Shown here: positions 38,407-48,776 of the stretch, piece by piece
How the letters are laid out: each line of letters starts with the position of its first letter
How positions within the stretch are numbered: position 1 is the stretch's first letter
Assembly (NCBI GenBank): GCA_947632595.1
Contig: CANRPY010000003.1
Location: 12,532 to 76,531 of the forward strand
DNA length: 64,000 nucleotides
Source of the DNA: an uncultured Bacilli bacterium
Lineage (GTDB): Bacteria > Bacillota_I > Bacilli_A > RF39 > UBA660
Direction of reading: 5' to 3'
Position numbers and translations under genes: made by a program
Notes under the pieces: model-generated
Seen by the model: only the letters and a program-made list of their open reading frames with translations
Database searches by the model: none
Told to the model about the DNA's origin: nothing

Positions 38407-39519
38407 ATGAAAATTAATAAAATAAATCTTGTTCATTTTCGTAATTATTTAAAATTAAATTTATCTTTAGGTCCTCAAATGAATATTTTTGTTGGGGATA
38501 ATGCACAAGGAAAGACTAATATTTTAGAAGCAATTACGATTTTAGCACTTACAAAATCACATCGAGTAGGAACAAGTCCTAATATTATTATGTTTTCTAA
38601 GAATAAATGTAGGATTGGTGGGACAGTCCAAAAAGATAAAATTCTTACCAAATTAGATGTGGAAATTACTGAAGATACAAAAAAATTAAGTGTGAATCAT
38701 ACGAATATCAAAAAAGTAGCGGATTATTTATCTCATTTAACTATTATTGTATTTACTCCAGATGATTTAGAGATTATTAAAGGATCTCCTAGTGAGAGAA
38801 GAAATTTATTAAATATTCAGTTATGTCAATTATCTAGAGAATATGTAAAAGTTTATAATGAATATAATCGTTTATTAAAAACTAGAAATGAGTATTTAAA
38901 GATTTTATTTCAAAATAGTATTGCAGATACTAATTATTTGGATATTATTACGGATAAGTTAATTGAAAAAGCTATTTTTATTTATCAAAAAAGAAAAGAG
39001 TATCTTGATTTCATTAATTTACATATTAATGAATATTTTCAAAAGATTACAAATGATGATGGTATTCGAGTTTGTTATCTACCAAATGTTATTTTTGATG
39101 ATTATGAATATGAGACTATTCGTAAAAAATTAAAGCATACATTTAAGAAAAATTATATGAAAGAACTTAATTATGGTATGACAATATATGGTCCACATCG
39201 AGATGATTTTGTTTTTGAATATCGTGGAAATGATTTAAAATATTATGGTTCTCAAGGACAACAAAAGGTAGCAATTTTATCTTTTAAATTATCAGAAATT
39301 CCTATTTTTCAAGAGATTACGGGGACTTTACCTGTTTTACTTCTTGATGATATTTTTAGTGAATTAGATATTAAAAAGAGAAATCAACTCCTTAGATTTA
39401 TTCAAATTGATGGTATTCAAAGTATTATTACTACTACAGATTTGCGAAATATTCAAAAGAAATATATTAATCAAGCAAATGTTTATGTTGTAAAAGATGG
39501 AAATATAGAAAGAAGGTAA
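38407..39519 (+). CDS. recF: DNA replication and repair protein RecF
   Basis: [49 protein letters not shown]. Confidence 0.97.
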   Translation: MKINKINLVHFRNYLKLNLSLGPQMNIFVGDNAQGKTNILEAITILALTKSHRVGTSPNIIMFSKNKCRIGGTVQKDKILTKLDVEITEDTKKLSVNHTNIKKVADYLSHLTIIVFTPDDLEIIKGSPSERRNLLNIQLCQLSREYVKVYNEYNRLLKTRNEYLKILFQNSIADTNYLDIITDKLIEKAIFIYQKRKEYLDFINLHINEYFQKITNDDGIRVCYLPNVIFDDYEYETIRKKLKHTFKKNYMKELNYGMTIYGPHRDDFVFEYRGNDLKYYGSQGQQKVAILSFKLSEIPIFQEITGTLPVLLLDDIFSELDIKKRNQLLRFIQIDGIQSIITTTDLRNIQKKYINQANVYVVKDGNIERR

Positions 39520-39523
39520 GAAT

Positions 39524-41449
39524 ATGGAAGAAAAAGTAAAAAATGATTATGATTCTTCGGCTATACAAGTCTTAGAAGGGTTAGAAGCTGTTCGAAAAAG
39601 ACCTGGTATGTATATTGGTACAACTAGTTCTAGAGGACTTCACCATTTAGTTTGGGAGATTGTGGATAATTCTATTGATGAGGCATTAGCTGGATATTGT
39701 ACCCATATCGAAGTAACAATTTGCAAAGATAATAGTATTATTGTAAAAGATGATGGTAGAGGGATTCCTGTTGATATTCATCCAAAGACTGGTAAAAGTA
39801 CGGTAGAAACTGTTTATACGGTTCTTCACGCTGGAGGAAAATTTGGTGGTGGAGGATATAAAGTATCTGGAGGACTTCATGGTGTTGGTGCAAGTGTTGT
39901 TAATGCTTTATCTGACTGGTTAGAAGTTAAGGTATATCGTAATGGAAACGTTTATTATCAAAGATATAGTAATGGTGGACATCCTGATGATGAATTAAAG
40001 GTTATTGATCATTGTGATTTAGAAAGAACAGGTACGGTTGTTCATTTCTTACCAGATGATGATATTTTTACAGAAACTACTGTTTATGATTATGATATTT
40101 TAAAAAATCGTTTAAAAGAATTAGCTTTTTTAAATAAAGGACTTAGAATTTCTTTATATGATGAGAGAGAAGCAGATAAAAAAGATTCTTTCTGTTATGA
40201 AGGTGGACTTGTAGAATATGTACAAATGCTTAATAAAGCAAAGAATCCTATTCATGAGACGATTGTGGATATTGATGGTGAAGATAGTGATATTCGTGTA
40301 GAAGTAGCTTTACAATATAATGAATCTTATAATGAGAGTATTTATTCTTTTGTTAATAATATTACAACTCCTGAAGGTGGTACTCATGAAGATGGTGTTA
40401 GAAGAGCTTTAACTAGAATTCTTAATAAATATGCTTCTAATGCTGGTATTTTAAAAGAAAAAGATGATCCATTATCTGGAGAAGATGTACGTGAAGGTTT
40501 AACAATGATTATTTCTGTTAAACATCCTAATCCTCAATTTGAAGGACAAACTAAGACTAAATTAGGAAATAGTGAAGTTCGTGGAATTGCTGATAAAATC
40601 TTTTCTGAGACATTTGAAAGATTTTTAATGGAAAACCCTGATCAAGCTCGTATTATTGTAGATAAAGCTATGACTGCTAGTAGGGCAAGAGTTGCTGCTA
40701 AAAAAGCACGTGAACTTACTCGTAGAAAGGGAGACTTAGATGTTACGAATTTCTATGGAAAACTTTCTGATTGTAAAAGTAAAGATGCAACTGTTTCTGA
40801 AATCTTTTTAGTCGAGGGAGATTCTGCTGGAGGATCTGCTATTAAAGGTAGAGATTCTATGACGCAGGCTATTTTACCTTTACGTGGTAAGATTTTAAAC
40901 GTAGAAAAAGCAAGACTTGATAGGGCTCTTAGTAATGAAGAAATTCGTACGATTATTACGGCTTTTGGAACTGGAATAGGGGAAGAGTTTGATTTATCTA
41001 AACTTCGTTATCATAAAATTATTATTATGACAGATGCTGATGTAGATGGTAGTCATATTCGTGTGTTGTTACTTACTTTATTCTATCGTTTCTTCCGTCC
41101 TATTGTTGAAGCTGGACATGTTTATGCTGCTCAACCGCCATTATTTTGTATAAAACATGGAAAAACGATTAAATATGTTCTTAATGAAGAAGAAAGAGAT
41201 GAGTATCTTGCTACTTTATCTCCTAATACCAAATATGATATTGCTCGTATGAAAGGTTTAGGAGAGATGGATGCAGAAGAGTTAAATGAAACGACTATGG
41301 ATATTCATAAACGTGTATTAAGACAAATTACTGTAGATGATGCTATGGCAGCAGATGAGGTTTTCTCTAAGTTGATGGGTGAAGAAGTTGAACCTAGACG
41401 AGAGTTTATTGAAACGAATGCAACTTATGTTGAAAACTTAGATGTTTAG
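39524..41449 (+). CDS. gyrB: DNA gyrase subunit B
   Basis: [47 protein letters not shown]. Confidence 0.98.
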   Translation: MEEKVKNDYDSSAIQVLEGLEAVRKRPGMYIGTTSSRGLHHLVWEIVDNSIDEALAGYCTHIEVTICKDNSIIVKDDGRGIPVDIHPKTGKSTVETVYTVLHAGGKFGGGGYKVSGGLHGVGASVVNALSDWLEVKVYRNGNVYYQRYSNGGHPDDELKVIDHCDLERTGTVVHFLPDDDIFTETTVYDYDILKNRLKELAFLNKGLRISLYDEREADKKDSFCYEGGLVEYVQMLNKAKNPIHETIVDIDGEDSDIRVEVALQYNESYNESIYSFVNNITTPEGGTHEDGVRRALTRILNKYASNAGILKEKDDPLSGEDVREGLTMIISVKHPNPQFEGQTKTKLGNSEVRGIADKIFSETFERFLMENPDQARIIVDKAMTASRARVAAKKARELTRRKGDLDVTNFYGKLSDCKSKDATVSEIFLVEGDSAGGSAIKGRDSMTQAILPLRGKILNVEKARLDRALSNEEIRTIITAFGTGIGEEFDLSKLRYHKIIIMTDADVDGSHIRVLLLTLFYRFFRPIVEAGHVYAAQPPLFCIKHGKTIKYVLNEEERDEYLATLSPNTKYDIARMKGLGEMDAEELNETTMDIHKRVLRQITVDDAMAADEVFSKLMGEEVEPRREFIETNATYVENLDV

Positions 41450-41458
41450 GAGGTTTAT

Positions 41459-43984
41459 ATGGATCGATTAGAAAAAAATAATATTGTTAAAGAAGTCCAA
41501 GATTCCTTTTTGGAATATTCAATGAGTGTTATTGTTGCTCGTGCTTTACCTGATCTTAGAGATGGTTTAAAGCCTGTTCATAGACGTATTTTATACTCTA
41601 TGTTTGAATCTTGTTATACTCCTGATAAACCGCATAAAAAGAGTGCTAGAATTGTTGGAGATGTTATGGGTAAATATCACCCACATGGAGATTCTTCTAT
41701 CTATGAAGCTATGGTTCGTATGGCTCAAGATTTTTCTTACCGTTATATGTTAGTTGATGGACATGGTAATTTTGGTAATATAGAAGGTTATGGGGCTGCT
41801 GCTATGCGTTATACTGAGTCTCGTCTTTCTAAGATATCTTTGGAATTGCTTCGAAATATCAATAAAGATACGGTTAATTTTATTCCTAACTTTGATGAGA
41901 GTGAAAGAGAACCTGAAGTTTTACCTTCTAGATTTCCTAATATTTTAGTAAATGGTACAACGGGTATTGCTGTTGGTATGGCAACGAATATTCCTCCTCA
42001 TAACTTAGGGGAAGTCATTGATGGTTGTGTTGCTTATATTGATAATCCTGATATTACTTTAGATGAAATGATGAAGTATATTAAAGGTCCTGATTTCCCT
42101 ACTGGTGCTATTATTCTTGGAAATAGTGGTATTAGACAAGCTTATGAAACGGGTAGGGGAACTATTACGATACGTAGTAAGGCTACTATAGAGGAATCTA
42201 ATGGCAAACAATGTATTGTTATTGATGAGGTTCCTTATGGTGTTAATACTTTAGAGTTAAAAAATAAAGTTGCTGAACTTGTTCATAATAAAATTATTGA
42301 TGGAATTGCGGATTATCATTCTGATTTAAAAGATGGAATTAAAATTACAATTACTTTAAAAAAGGATGCGAATGCTCAAGTTGTTTTAAATAAGTTATAT
42401 AAACATACGCAATTTCAAACAACTTATGGTATTATCTTTTTAATGCTTGATCAAGGAGTTCCTAAAACTCTTGGTTTAAAAGATATTATTGTTAAGTATA
42501 TTGATTATCAAAAAGAAATTATTATTCGTAGAACACGCTTTGATTTAGATGTTGCGGAAAAAAGAGTTCATATTTTAGAGGGTTTAAAGATTGCTCTTGA
42601 TAATATTGATGCTGTTATTAAAATTATTCGTGGTGCTGATTCTGATGATGAAGCTCGTGATGGTTTGATGAAGAACTTTGGTCTTACGGATGTTCAAGCA
42701 AATGCTATTCTTGAGATGAAATTACGTCGTTTAACGGGCTTAGAGCGTGAAAAGATTGAAAGTGAACTAAATGACTTGTTAAAGTTAATTGAAGAATTAA
42801 AGGCTATTTTAGCTAGTGATCAGAAGATATTAGAAGTTATTAAAAATGAATTATTAGAAATTAAACAAAAATATGGTGATGAGAGACGTACTCATATTGA
42901 TATGACTGCTATTGAGTATATTGAAGATGAGTCTTTGATTCCTGAGGAAGATATCATTATTAATCTTACTAAGAATGGTTATATTAAACGTTTAAGAACC
43001 GATACTTATAAGACACAAAATCGTGGTGGTGTAGGTATTAAAGGTATGTCTACTAACGAAGAAGACTTTGTGGAAAGAATTTTATCGATGAGTACCCATG
43101 ATTATCTATTATTCTTCTCGAATCGTGGTAGAGTCTATCGAATGAAGGGTTATGAGGTTCCTGAATTTTCTAGACAATCTAAAGGAATTCCTGTTATTAA
43201 TTTATTGCCACTTGAAAAAGATGAGAACATTCGTTCGATATTGAGTGTTAAACCGAATGATGGATTTACTAAATATTTATTATTTGTTACGAAGAATGGT
43301 ATTGTTAAACGTACTGCTATTGAAGAGTTTGATAACATTCGTAAGAGTGGTAAAATTGCTATTGTTTTAAGGGAAGATGACGAATTAATTACTGTTAAAA
43401 AGACCTGTGGAAAAAATGAAATTGTCATTGGTGCAAGTAATGGACGTATGGTTCGATTTGATGAAAATGAGATTCGAAGCATGGGTCGTAGCAGTTCTGG
43501 TGTTAAGGGTATTGAACTAGAAGGTGCTATTGTTGTTGGTGCTGATGCTGTGGAATCTGGCCATATGGTATTAATTGTTACAGCTAATGGTTATGGAAAG
43601 AAATCTTATATTGATGAGTATCGTTTAACTCATCGTGGTAGCAAAGGTGTTAAGGCATACAATGTCACAGACAAGAATGGTATTTTGGTATCTCTTAAGT
43701 GTTTTAATCCTGATGCTTTATTAGATCTTATCTTAATGACAGATAGTGGTACTATTATTAAACTTCCTCTTGATCAAGTTTCTACGTTAAAGAGAGCTAC
43801 TCAAGGTGTTCGGTTAATGAATTTAAAGGATGAACAAAAAGTTTCCACTGTTGCTTTGGTAGAAAAGGATAAGAACGAAGAAGAATCCACAGAAAATGTG
43901 GAGGATTCTGATAATGAATTTCAATCAGATGAAAATAATCACAATGACATTGCTGATGAAGAAACAAAAGAGGAAAATGAATAA
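41459..43984 (+). CDS. gyrA: DNA gyrase subunit A
   Basis: [16 protein letters not shown], GyrA-box QNRGGVG, acidic C-terminal tail. Confidence 0.98.
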   Translation: MDRLEKNNIVKEVQDSFLEYSMSVIVARALPDLRDGLKPVHRRILYSMFESCYTPDKPHKKSARIVGDVMGKYHPHGDSSIYEAMVRMAQDFSYRYMLVDGHGNFGNIEGYGAAAMRYTESRLSKISLELLRNINKDTVNFIPNFDESEREPEVLPSRFPNILVNGTTGIAVGMATNIPPHNLGEVIDGCVAYIDNPDITLDEMMKYIKGPDFPTGAIILGNSGIRQAYETGRGTITIRSKATIEESNGKQCIVIDEVPYGVNTLELKNKVAELVHNKIIDGIADYHSDLKDGIKITITLKKDANAQVVLNKLYKHTQFQTTYGIIFLMLDQGVPKTLGLKDIIVKYIDYQKEIIIRRTRFDLDVAEKRVHILEGLKIALDNIDAVIKIIRGADSDDEARDGLMKNFGLTDVQANAILEMKLRRLTGLEREKIESELNDLLKLIEELKAILASDQKILEVIKNELLEIKQKYGDERRTHIDMTAIEYIEDESLIPEEDIIINLTKNGYIKRLRTDTYKTQNRGGVGIKGMSTNEEDFVERILSMSTHDYLLFFSNRGRVYRMKGYEVPEFSRQSKGIPVINLLPLEKDENIRSILSVKPNDGFTKYLLFVTKNGIVKRTAIEEFDNIRKSGKIAIVLREDDELITVKKTCGKNEIVIGASNGRMVRFDENEIRSMGRSSSGVKGIELEGAIVVGADAVESGHMVLIVTANGYGKKSYIDEYRLTHRGSKGVKAYNVTDKNGILVSLKCFNPDALLDLILMTDSGTIIKLPLDQVSTLKRATQGVRLMNLKDEQKVSTVALVEKDKNEEESTENVEDSDNEFQSDENNHNDIADEETKEENE

Positions 43985-44035
43985 TTTTCCTCTTTTCTTT
44001 TTTATATTTAAAGGTCTAATTTAGGCCTTTTTTTG
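43965..44035 (+). terminator. Tandem terminator hairpins after gyrA
   Basis: AAAAGAGGAAAAT...ATTTTCCTCTTTT and AAAGGTCTAA-T-TTAGGCCTTTTTT. Confidence 0.7.
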
Positions 44036-44086
44036 ATATTAAAGGGAATTGTTACCTGTGGATAAAATGTTTTTGTTGTGAAAAAT

Positions 44087-44100
44087 ATTTCCCGGGAAAT
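44087..44100. promoter_or_regulatory. Noc-binding site (NBS) 1
   Basis: Perfect palindrome ATTTCCCGGGAAAT, the B. subtilis NBS consensus. Confidence 0.88.
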
Positions 44101-44109
44101 AATTTTTAG

Positions 44110-44125
44110 TGTTTCACGTGGAACT
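44110..44125. promoter_or_regulatory. parS site 1
   Basis: TGTTTCACGTGGAACT versus consensus TGTTNCACGTGAAACA. Confidence 0.88.
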
Positions 44126-44144
44126 AATAGAGTGTTTGGGAAAT

Positions 44145-44158
44145 ATTTCCCGGGAAAT
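44145..44158. promoter_or_regulatory. Noc-binding site (NBS) 2
   Basis: Second perfect ATTTCCCGGGAAAT, within a repeated AAATATTTCCCGGGAAATAA. Confidence 0.88.
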
Positions 44159-44202
44159 AAAATTTTATTTTTCAACTAATTTTGTGTATTTTAAAATTCT
44201 TA

Positions 44203-44218
44203 TGTTTCACGTGAAACT
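44203..44218. promoter_or_regulatory. parS site 2
   Basis: TGTTTCACGTGAAACT, 15/16 match to consensus. Confidence 0.92.
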
Positions 44219-44317
44219 TTTTTCCACAAAAAATGTTAATTTCTATTTAATTTACTTTTCTATCATTTTTATTTTTTCTTCTTTTTTTTGCTAAAAAGCG
44301 ATTTTAGTTTATTCATT

Positions 44318-44333
44318 TGTTTCACGTGAAACA
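44318..44333. promoter_or_regulatory. parS site 3
   Basis: Perfect palindrome TGTTTCACGTGAAACA. Confidence 0.95.
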
Positions 44334-44419
44334 TTTATCCACAATTTTTGTTTATAATTAGATTTTTTTCTCTTTTTTATTCACAAATATTTACTTTTTA
44401 TCCACTTTATAATAAAATA

Positions 44420-44501
44420 ATAAACGTGCAATGAAAGTGATTGAACCAGGTCAGGATCGGGAGATAGCAGCCTTAAGGTCCGCCTTTCATGTGCACTTTT
44501 T
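44420..44501 (+). ncRNA. ffs: Signal recognition particle RNA, small 4.5S type
   Basis: Single long hairpin GTGCA ATGAAAG...CTTTCAT GTGCAC with helix-8 signature GGTCAGG-ATC-GGGA-GAT-AGCAGCC; TATAAT upstream; next to tadA/dnaX as in Firmicutes. Confidence 0.88.
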
Positions 44502-44519
44502 CTATTTATGGAGGAATTT

Positions 44520-44969
44520 ATGGATAAACAGTACTTTTCTGTTGCTTTTCTTGAAGCAAAGAAAGCTTTTGAACAAGATGAAGTTCCAATTGGAGCTGTT
44601 ATTGTGAAAGATGGCAATATTTTAGCTTCTGCACATAATCAAAAAGAAAAAGATTGTTGTTGCACTTCTCATGCAGAGATTTTAGCAATTCAACAAGCTT
44701 CTTCTAAATTACATAATTGGAGACTTGAAGATTGTGATTTATATGTTACTTTGGATCCTTGTCCTATGTGTGCAAGTGCGATAAAACAAGCAAGAATTCG
44801 TAATGTCTATTCTTGTTTAAACAATAACGACTTTCATAATCTTGAGTTAATTCAATCTATTTTTCAAACAGATTCTGTTAATCCTGAAGTACATTTTGAA
44901 TCTAATTTAGAAGTTCAAAAAGGAAAAGAAATCTTAAGTGAGTTCTTTAAAAAGCAAAGAAAACGTTAA
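44520..44969 (+). CDS. tadA: tRNA adenosine(34) deaminase
   Basis: EVPIGAVIV, HAEILAI, WRLEDC.LYVTLDPCPMCA; ATG 44520 after GGAGG. Confidence 0.9.
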   Translation: MDKQYFSVAFLEAKKAFEQDEVPIGAVIVKDGNILASAHNQKEKDCCCTSHAEILAIQQASSKLHNWRLEDCDLYVTLDPCPMCASAIKQARIRNVYSCLNNNDFHNLELIQSIFQTDSVNPEVHFESNLEVQKGKEILSEFFKKQRKR

Positions 44970-45015
44970 TTTCTTTGCTTTTATGTTATAATAAATCATG
45001 AATGGGAGGTTTCTT

Positions 45016-46794
45016 ATGTATCATGCTTTATATCGTAAATATCGTCCTTCTGATTTTGATTCTGTTGTTGGACAGGACGCTATTATTAAAACATTAAAAA
45101 ATTCTATTAAAAATCATAATTTTTCACATGCCTATATGTTTTTTGGTCCACGTGGAACTGGTAAAACAACGGTTTCTAAAATTTTTGCAAGAAACGTGAA
45201 TTGCTTGTCTCCTGTTGATGGAATTGCGTGTCAAAAATGTGAAGCTTGTCAAGTTTCTTTTTCACATGATTGTATTGATATTATTGAGATTGATGCTGCT
45301 TCTAATAATGGTGTTAATGAGATTCGGGAATTAAGAAATAATGTTAATTTGGTTCCTAGTTCCTTACATTATAAGGTTTATATTGTTGATGAAGTTCATA
45401 TGCTTTCGGATGCTGCATTTAATGCCTTACTTAAGACTTTAGAGGAACCACCTGAACATATTATCTTTATTCTTGCTACTACAGATCCTCAAAAGGTACC
45501 TGAAACGATTATTTCCCGTTGTCAATGTTTCTCTTTTAAAAGAATTTCTAATGAAATGATTCGAAAAAGATTAGAATATGTTTGTAAAGAAGAAAAAATT
45601 AAAATTGAAGATTCTGTTTTAGATCGTATTGCAGTTATGTCCGATGGTGGATTACGAGATGCTTTGGGTTTACTTGATAAAATGGTTTCGTATACAAACG
45701 ATAAAATTACTTTAGAAGATTTCAATGAAGTGAATGGTATTTTATCAGATGATGATTTATATCAATTTATTTCCCATGTTATAAATGGTTATATTCAAGA
45801 GGTTTTATCTGATATTTCTAATTTTAATAACAGTGGAAAAAATCTTATTCAAATTATGATTCAGTTAGCTGATTTTGTTCGTAATATGATTGTGGACTCT
45901 TATTTGTCTCATAAAGAATGTTCTTTTGATCTTGATTTTCTTCAAGAATTTGAAAATCAATTAAATGATAAAATGTTTGATATTAAAAAGAGTAGCAATA
46001 CCAAAGTTTTTATTGAGATGTTTTTATTAAAGTTTATTAATGATATTATTTTGCATCATTCTGTTCATAATGTGGTTGTGGAAAAAAACAATTCATTAGA
46101 TGTTCCAGTTAAAACTTCTAGTGTCGTTCCTAAAGATACTCTATCACAAAAAGAATCTATTGAAAGTAAAAGTGATTTAAACAATAACGACTTTTCTGAT
46201 AAAAGTGATGATGTCGTTAGTGAAAGTGGTTTAAACAATAACGACTTTTCTGAAAAAAATGAAGATGTTGTTAGTGAAAGCAATTTAAACAATAACGACT
46301 TTTCTAATTTTGTTCCAAAAGTTTTGAATTTATCTGAAATTATGGATGTTCGTATTAATAATACTATGGCGACTGCAGATAAGAATTTATTGAAGTTAGA
46401 ACTTAATAATTTTGATTTACTTAGAGATTATTCTTTTGATCAAGAAATAGGGTATTTGGTCAATTCTATCCTTGATTCTAAGATAAGAGCTGTTGGTCCT
46501 GATTATCTAATTATTTCTTATGATAGTGATGCCAGTGTTGAACAAAATCTTGCTCAATTATTTAAACTTAATGAGGTATATTCTTCTATTACAAATTCTA
46601 ATAAGAAACTTGCAATCGTTTCTGATGATAAATGGGATCAAATTAGGAATGAATATATTGAAAATTTAAAAAATAAAGTAAAATATGAACTGAAGGAAGA
46701 ACCTGAAGTTATCTTGGAAGAAATTAAGAATGATGATATAATATCTAGTAGTGCGATATCTTTATTTGGTAAAGATATTGTAGAAATTGAGTAA
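45016..46794 (+). CDS. dnaX: DNA polymerase III subunit gamma/tau
   Basis: ALYRKYRP, GPRGTGKTT, zinc-binding Cys cluster, EIDAASNNGV, DEVHML, NALLKTLEEPP, SRCQ. Confidence 0.97.
   Translation: MYHALYRKYRPSDFDSVVGQDAIIKTLKNSIKNHNFSHAYMFFGPRGTGKTTVSKIFARNVNCLSPVDGIACQKCEACQVSFSHDCIDIIEIDAASNNGVNEIRELRNNVNLVPSSLHYKVYIVDEVHMLSDAAFNALLKTLEEPPEHIIFILATTDPQKVPETIISRCQCFSFKRISNEMIRKRLEYVCKEEKIKIEDSVLDRIAVMSDGGLRDALGLLDKMVSYTNDKITLEDFNEVNGILSDDDLYQFISHVINGYIQEVLSDISNFNNSGKNLIQIMIQLADFVRNMIVDSYLSHKECSFDLDFLQEFENQLNDKMFDIKKSSNTKVFIEMFLLKFINDIILHHSVHNVVVEKNNSLDVPVKTSSVVPKDTLSQKESIESKSDLNNNDFSDKSDDVVSESGLNNNDFSEKNEDVVSESNLNNNDFSNFVPKVLNLSEIMDVRINNTMATADKNLLKLELNNFDLLRDYSFDQEIGYLVNSILDSKIRAVGPDYLIISYDSDASVEQNLAQLFKLNEVYSSITNSNKKLAIVSDDKWDQIRNEYIENLKNKVKYELKEEPEVILEEIKNDDIISSSAISLFGKDIVEIE
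46170..46305 (+). repeat. In-frame 54-bp tandem repeat (about 2.5 units) in the DnaX linker
   Basis: TTTAAACAATAACGACTTTTCT at 46176, 46230 and 46284; peptide (S.LNNNDFS.K..DVVSE)n. Confidence 0.92.
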
Positions 46795-46802
46795 AAGGAG
46801 AA

Positions 46803-47105
46803 ATGTATATGAATATGCAAGCTATGTTAAAGCAAGCTCAAGCTTTACAAAAAGATATGATGAAAGTAAAAGAGGAGATTGACCAAACAGATTTTGTTGG
46901 AGAAAGTTCTCTTGTAAAAGTTACTATGAAAGGTACAAAAGAAGTTACTAAAGTTGAGATTCAAGCAGAAGATAGTATGGATAAAGATGATATCGAAATG
47001 CTTCAAGATATGATTGTTGTGGCTATTAATGATGCTAATAAAAAAGTAGATAAAATGATGGAATCTAAAATGAGCAAATTTGGTAATATTCCAGGTCTAT
47101 TCTAA
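46803..47105 (+). CDS. YbaB/EbfC nucleoid-associated protein
   Basis: MNMQAMLKQAQALQK, DDIEMLQDMIVVAINDA, C-terminal IPGLF; between dnaX and recR. Confidence 0.93.
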   Translation: MYMNMQAMLKQAQALQKDMMKVKEEIDQTDFVGESSLVKVTMKGTKEVTKVEIQAEDSMDKDDIEMLQDMIVVAINDANKKVDKMMESKMSKFGNIPGLF

Positions 47106-47106
47106 G

Positions 47107-47703
47107 ATGTATCCTGATAGTTTAAAAAATTTAATTGAATCTTTTAAATATTTACCAAGTGTTGGTGAAAAATCGGCAGAAAGATTTGCTTTTTCTGTTT
47201 TTGATTTAGATGATGAACAGGTTGAATTATTTAAACAAAGTTTAGATGATGTAAGAAAAAGAGTTCATCCTTGTAAAACTTGTAATGTTTTGACAGAAGA
47301 AGAGTATTGTTCTATTTGTTCTGATGAGAAAAGGGATTCTAGTGTTTTATGTGTTGTAGAAGATGTTAAAAGTGTTTTCTTATTTGAAAAACTTGGTATG
47401 TTCCACGGTAAATATCATGTATTGAGTGGTTTGATTTCTCCTCTTGATGGTGTTAACCCTGAAGATATTGGTATTGATAAATTGCTTGATAGAATTCATC
47501 AAGAAAAATTTGATGAGATTATCTTTGCTTTTCGTCCTAGTATTGAGGGAGAAACCACTGCTTTATACATTAAAAAAATCATTGATGATTTGCCAATTAA
47601 AATTACTAAGATTGCTAATGGGGTTCCTATTGGTGCTGATATGGAATATATTGATAGTTTAACTTTAGAAAGAGCATTAAGTGATCGAAAAGAAGTTTCA
47701 TAA
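47107..47703 (+). CDS. recR: Recombination mediator RecR
   Basis: LPSVGEKSAERFA, C4 zinc finger, YHVLSGLISPLDG, EGETTA, GVPIGADMEYID. Confidence 0.97.
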   Translation: MYPDSLKNLIESFKYLPSVGEKSAERFAFSVFDLDDEQVELFKQSLDDVRKRVHPCKTCNVLTEEEYCSICSDEKRDSSVLCVVEDVKSVFLFEKLGMFHGKYHVLSGLISPLDGVNPEDIGIDKLLDRIHQEKFDEIIFAFRPSIEGETTALYIKKIIDDLPIKITKIANGVPIGADMEYIDSLTLERALSDRKEVS

Positions 47704-47745
47704 AAATTGTTCTTATTCATATAGTTTAGTGAAAAGGATGATTCT

Positions 47746-47931
47746 ATGAAATTTATCTTTAAAATTATTAAGAGAGTAATTATTAGTTCCTTTTTGTTAT
47801 ATCTTTTTAATTATTTTTTTGGAACTTATCATATTTTAATTCCTATTAATCTTTATACAGTATCTTTTGTTTCTTTCTTTGGTTGGATAGGATTGGTAGG
47901 TTTAATTTTATTTAAGTGTTTACTATTGTGA
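47746..47931 (+). CDS. bofA: Pro-sigmaK processing inhibitor BofA family
   Basis: Small two-TM protein with IPINLYT...FFGWIG motif, downstream of recR as in Bacillus; sigmaE-like TCATA...CATATAGT at 47698-47725. Confidence 0.75.
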   Translation: MKFIFKIIKRVIISSFLLYLFNYFFGTYHILIPINLYTVSFVSFFGWIGLVGLILFKCLLL

Positions 47932-47938
47932 GGGTTTT

Positions 47939-48772
47939 ATGGGTGAAATTTCTAGTATTCAATCTCGATTTATTCAGTATATTAATGGTATTATTCATAA
48001 CCATAGGGTTTCTCATGCATATTTAATTGAATTAAATAATTATGAGCAGGATCTTACGTTTGTTTATTCTTTTATTAAAATGATTTTATGTAATATTTCG
48101 TATGAAGAATTAGAGTCTTGTCAAAATCCTATTCTTACTTTGATTGATGATGGAAATTATCCTGATATTCGTGTTATTTCTTCGGATACTGGTGTTATTC
48201 AGAAGTCCTTTATAACGGATTTGCAAAAAGAATATAGTAATAAGTCTTTATTAAATGAGAAAAGGATTTATTTGATTCGTGAGGCTGAAAAATTAAATGG
48301 TTTTTCTGCTAATACGATTTTAAAATTTTTGGAGGAGCCTGAAGATGATATTATTGCTTTTCTTTTAACGGATAATCGTTATCATGTGTTAGATACCATT
48401 TTATCGAGATGTCAGGTTTTATCTTTAAAAGAAGAAAAAGGTTCTTATCAAGTAGATGATTCGTTATTGGATATCTTAGATTGTATCTTAAATCCTAGAC
48501 AATTCTTTTTAAAATATCGTTCTTATATGGATGATATTTTCTTGGATAAAAATGTTATGAGAAATCAGTTACGAGAAGTTGAGAATGTTTTGATTGCTTA
48601 TTTAGAAGGAAATTTAATTGAAAAAGATGAGTTATCTTTCCTTTCTTCTAAAACAAGTGATGAAGTTATTCATATTTTGTCTGTTATTGAAGATGAAGTT
48701 CCTAAACTTGATTTTAATGTTAATTTTAAATTATGGGTAGATGCTTTATTTTCTAGATTGATTGGAGGTTAG
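47939..48772 (+). CDS. holB: DNA polymerase III delta-prime subunit
   Basis: SHAYL, GNYPD, EAEKLN..SANTILKFLEEP, LDTILSRCQ; upstream of yaaT. Confidence 0.88.
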   Translation: MGEISSIQSRFIQYINGIIHNHRVSHAYLIELNNYEQDLTFVYSFIKMILCNISYEELESCQNPILTLIDDGNYPDIRVISSDTGVIQKSFITDLQKEYSNKSLLNEKRIYLIREAEKLNGFSANTILKFLEEPEDDIIAFLLTDNRYHVLDTILSRCQVLSLKEEKGSYQVDDSLLDILDCILNPRQFFLKYRSYMDDIFLDKNVMRNQLREVENVLIAYLEGNLIEKDELSFLSSKTSDEVIHILSVIEDEVPKLDFNVNFKLWVDALFSRLIGG

Positions 48773-48776
48773 TTTT

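Larger units (their letters stand above)
44057..44406. promoter_or_regulatory. Extra-oriC DnaA-box cluster
   Basis: TGTGGATAA 44057-44065, TGTGAAAAA 44077-44085, TTTTCCACA 44220-44228, TTATCCACA 44335-44343, TTATTCACA 44377-44385, TTATCCACT 44398-44406. Confidence 0.8.

Noticed and set aside
44050-44345. Repeated palindromes with spacers that could suggest a mini-CRISPR array
   Set aside because: Repeats are 14-16 bp parS and NBS motifs with irregular spacing, and there are no cas genes.
43990-44420. Expected rRNA operon or tRNA genes after gyrA
   Set aside because: No rRNA or tRNA signatures found here or elsewhere in the window.
44109-44617. ORFs 44109-44294 (+) and 44381-44617 (-)
   Set aside because: They translate parS/NBS sites (MFHV.. 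is the parS palindrome) and the antisense of SRP RNA/tadA; not real genes.
46170-46305. 22-bp repeat with 32-bp intervals in dnaX resembling CRISPR periodicity
   Set aside because: The intervals are similar to each other and in frame within dnaX; it is a coding tandem repeat.
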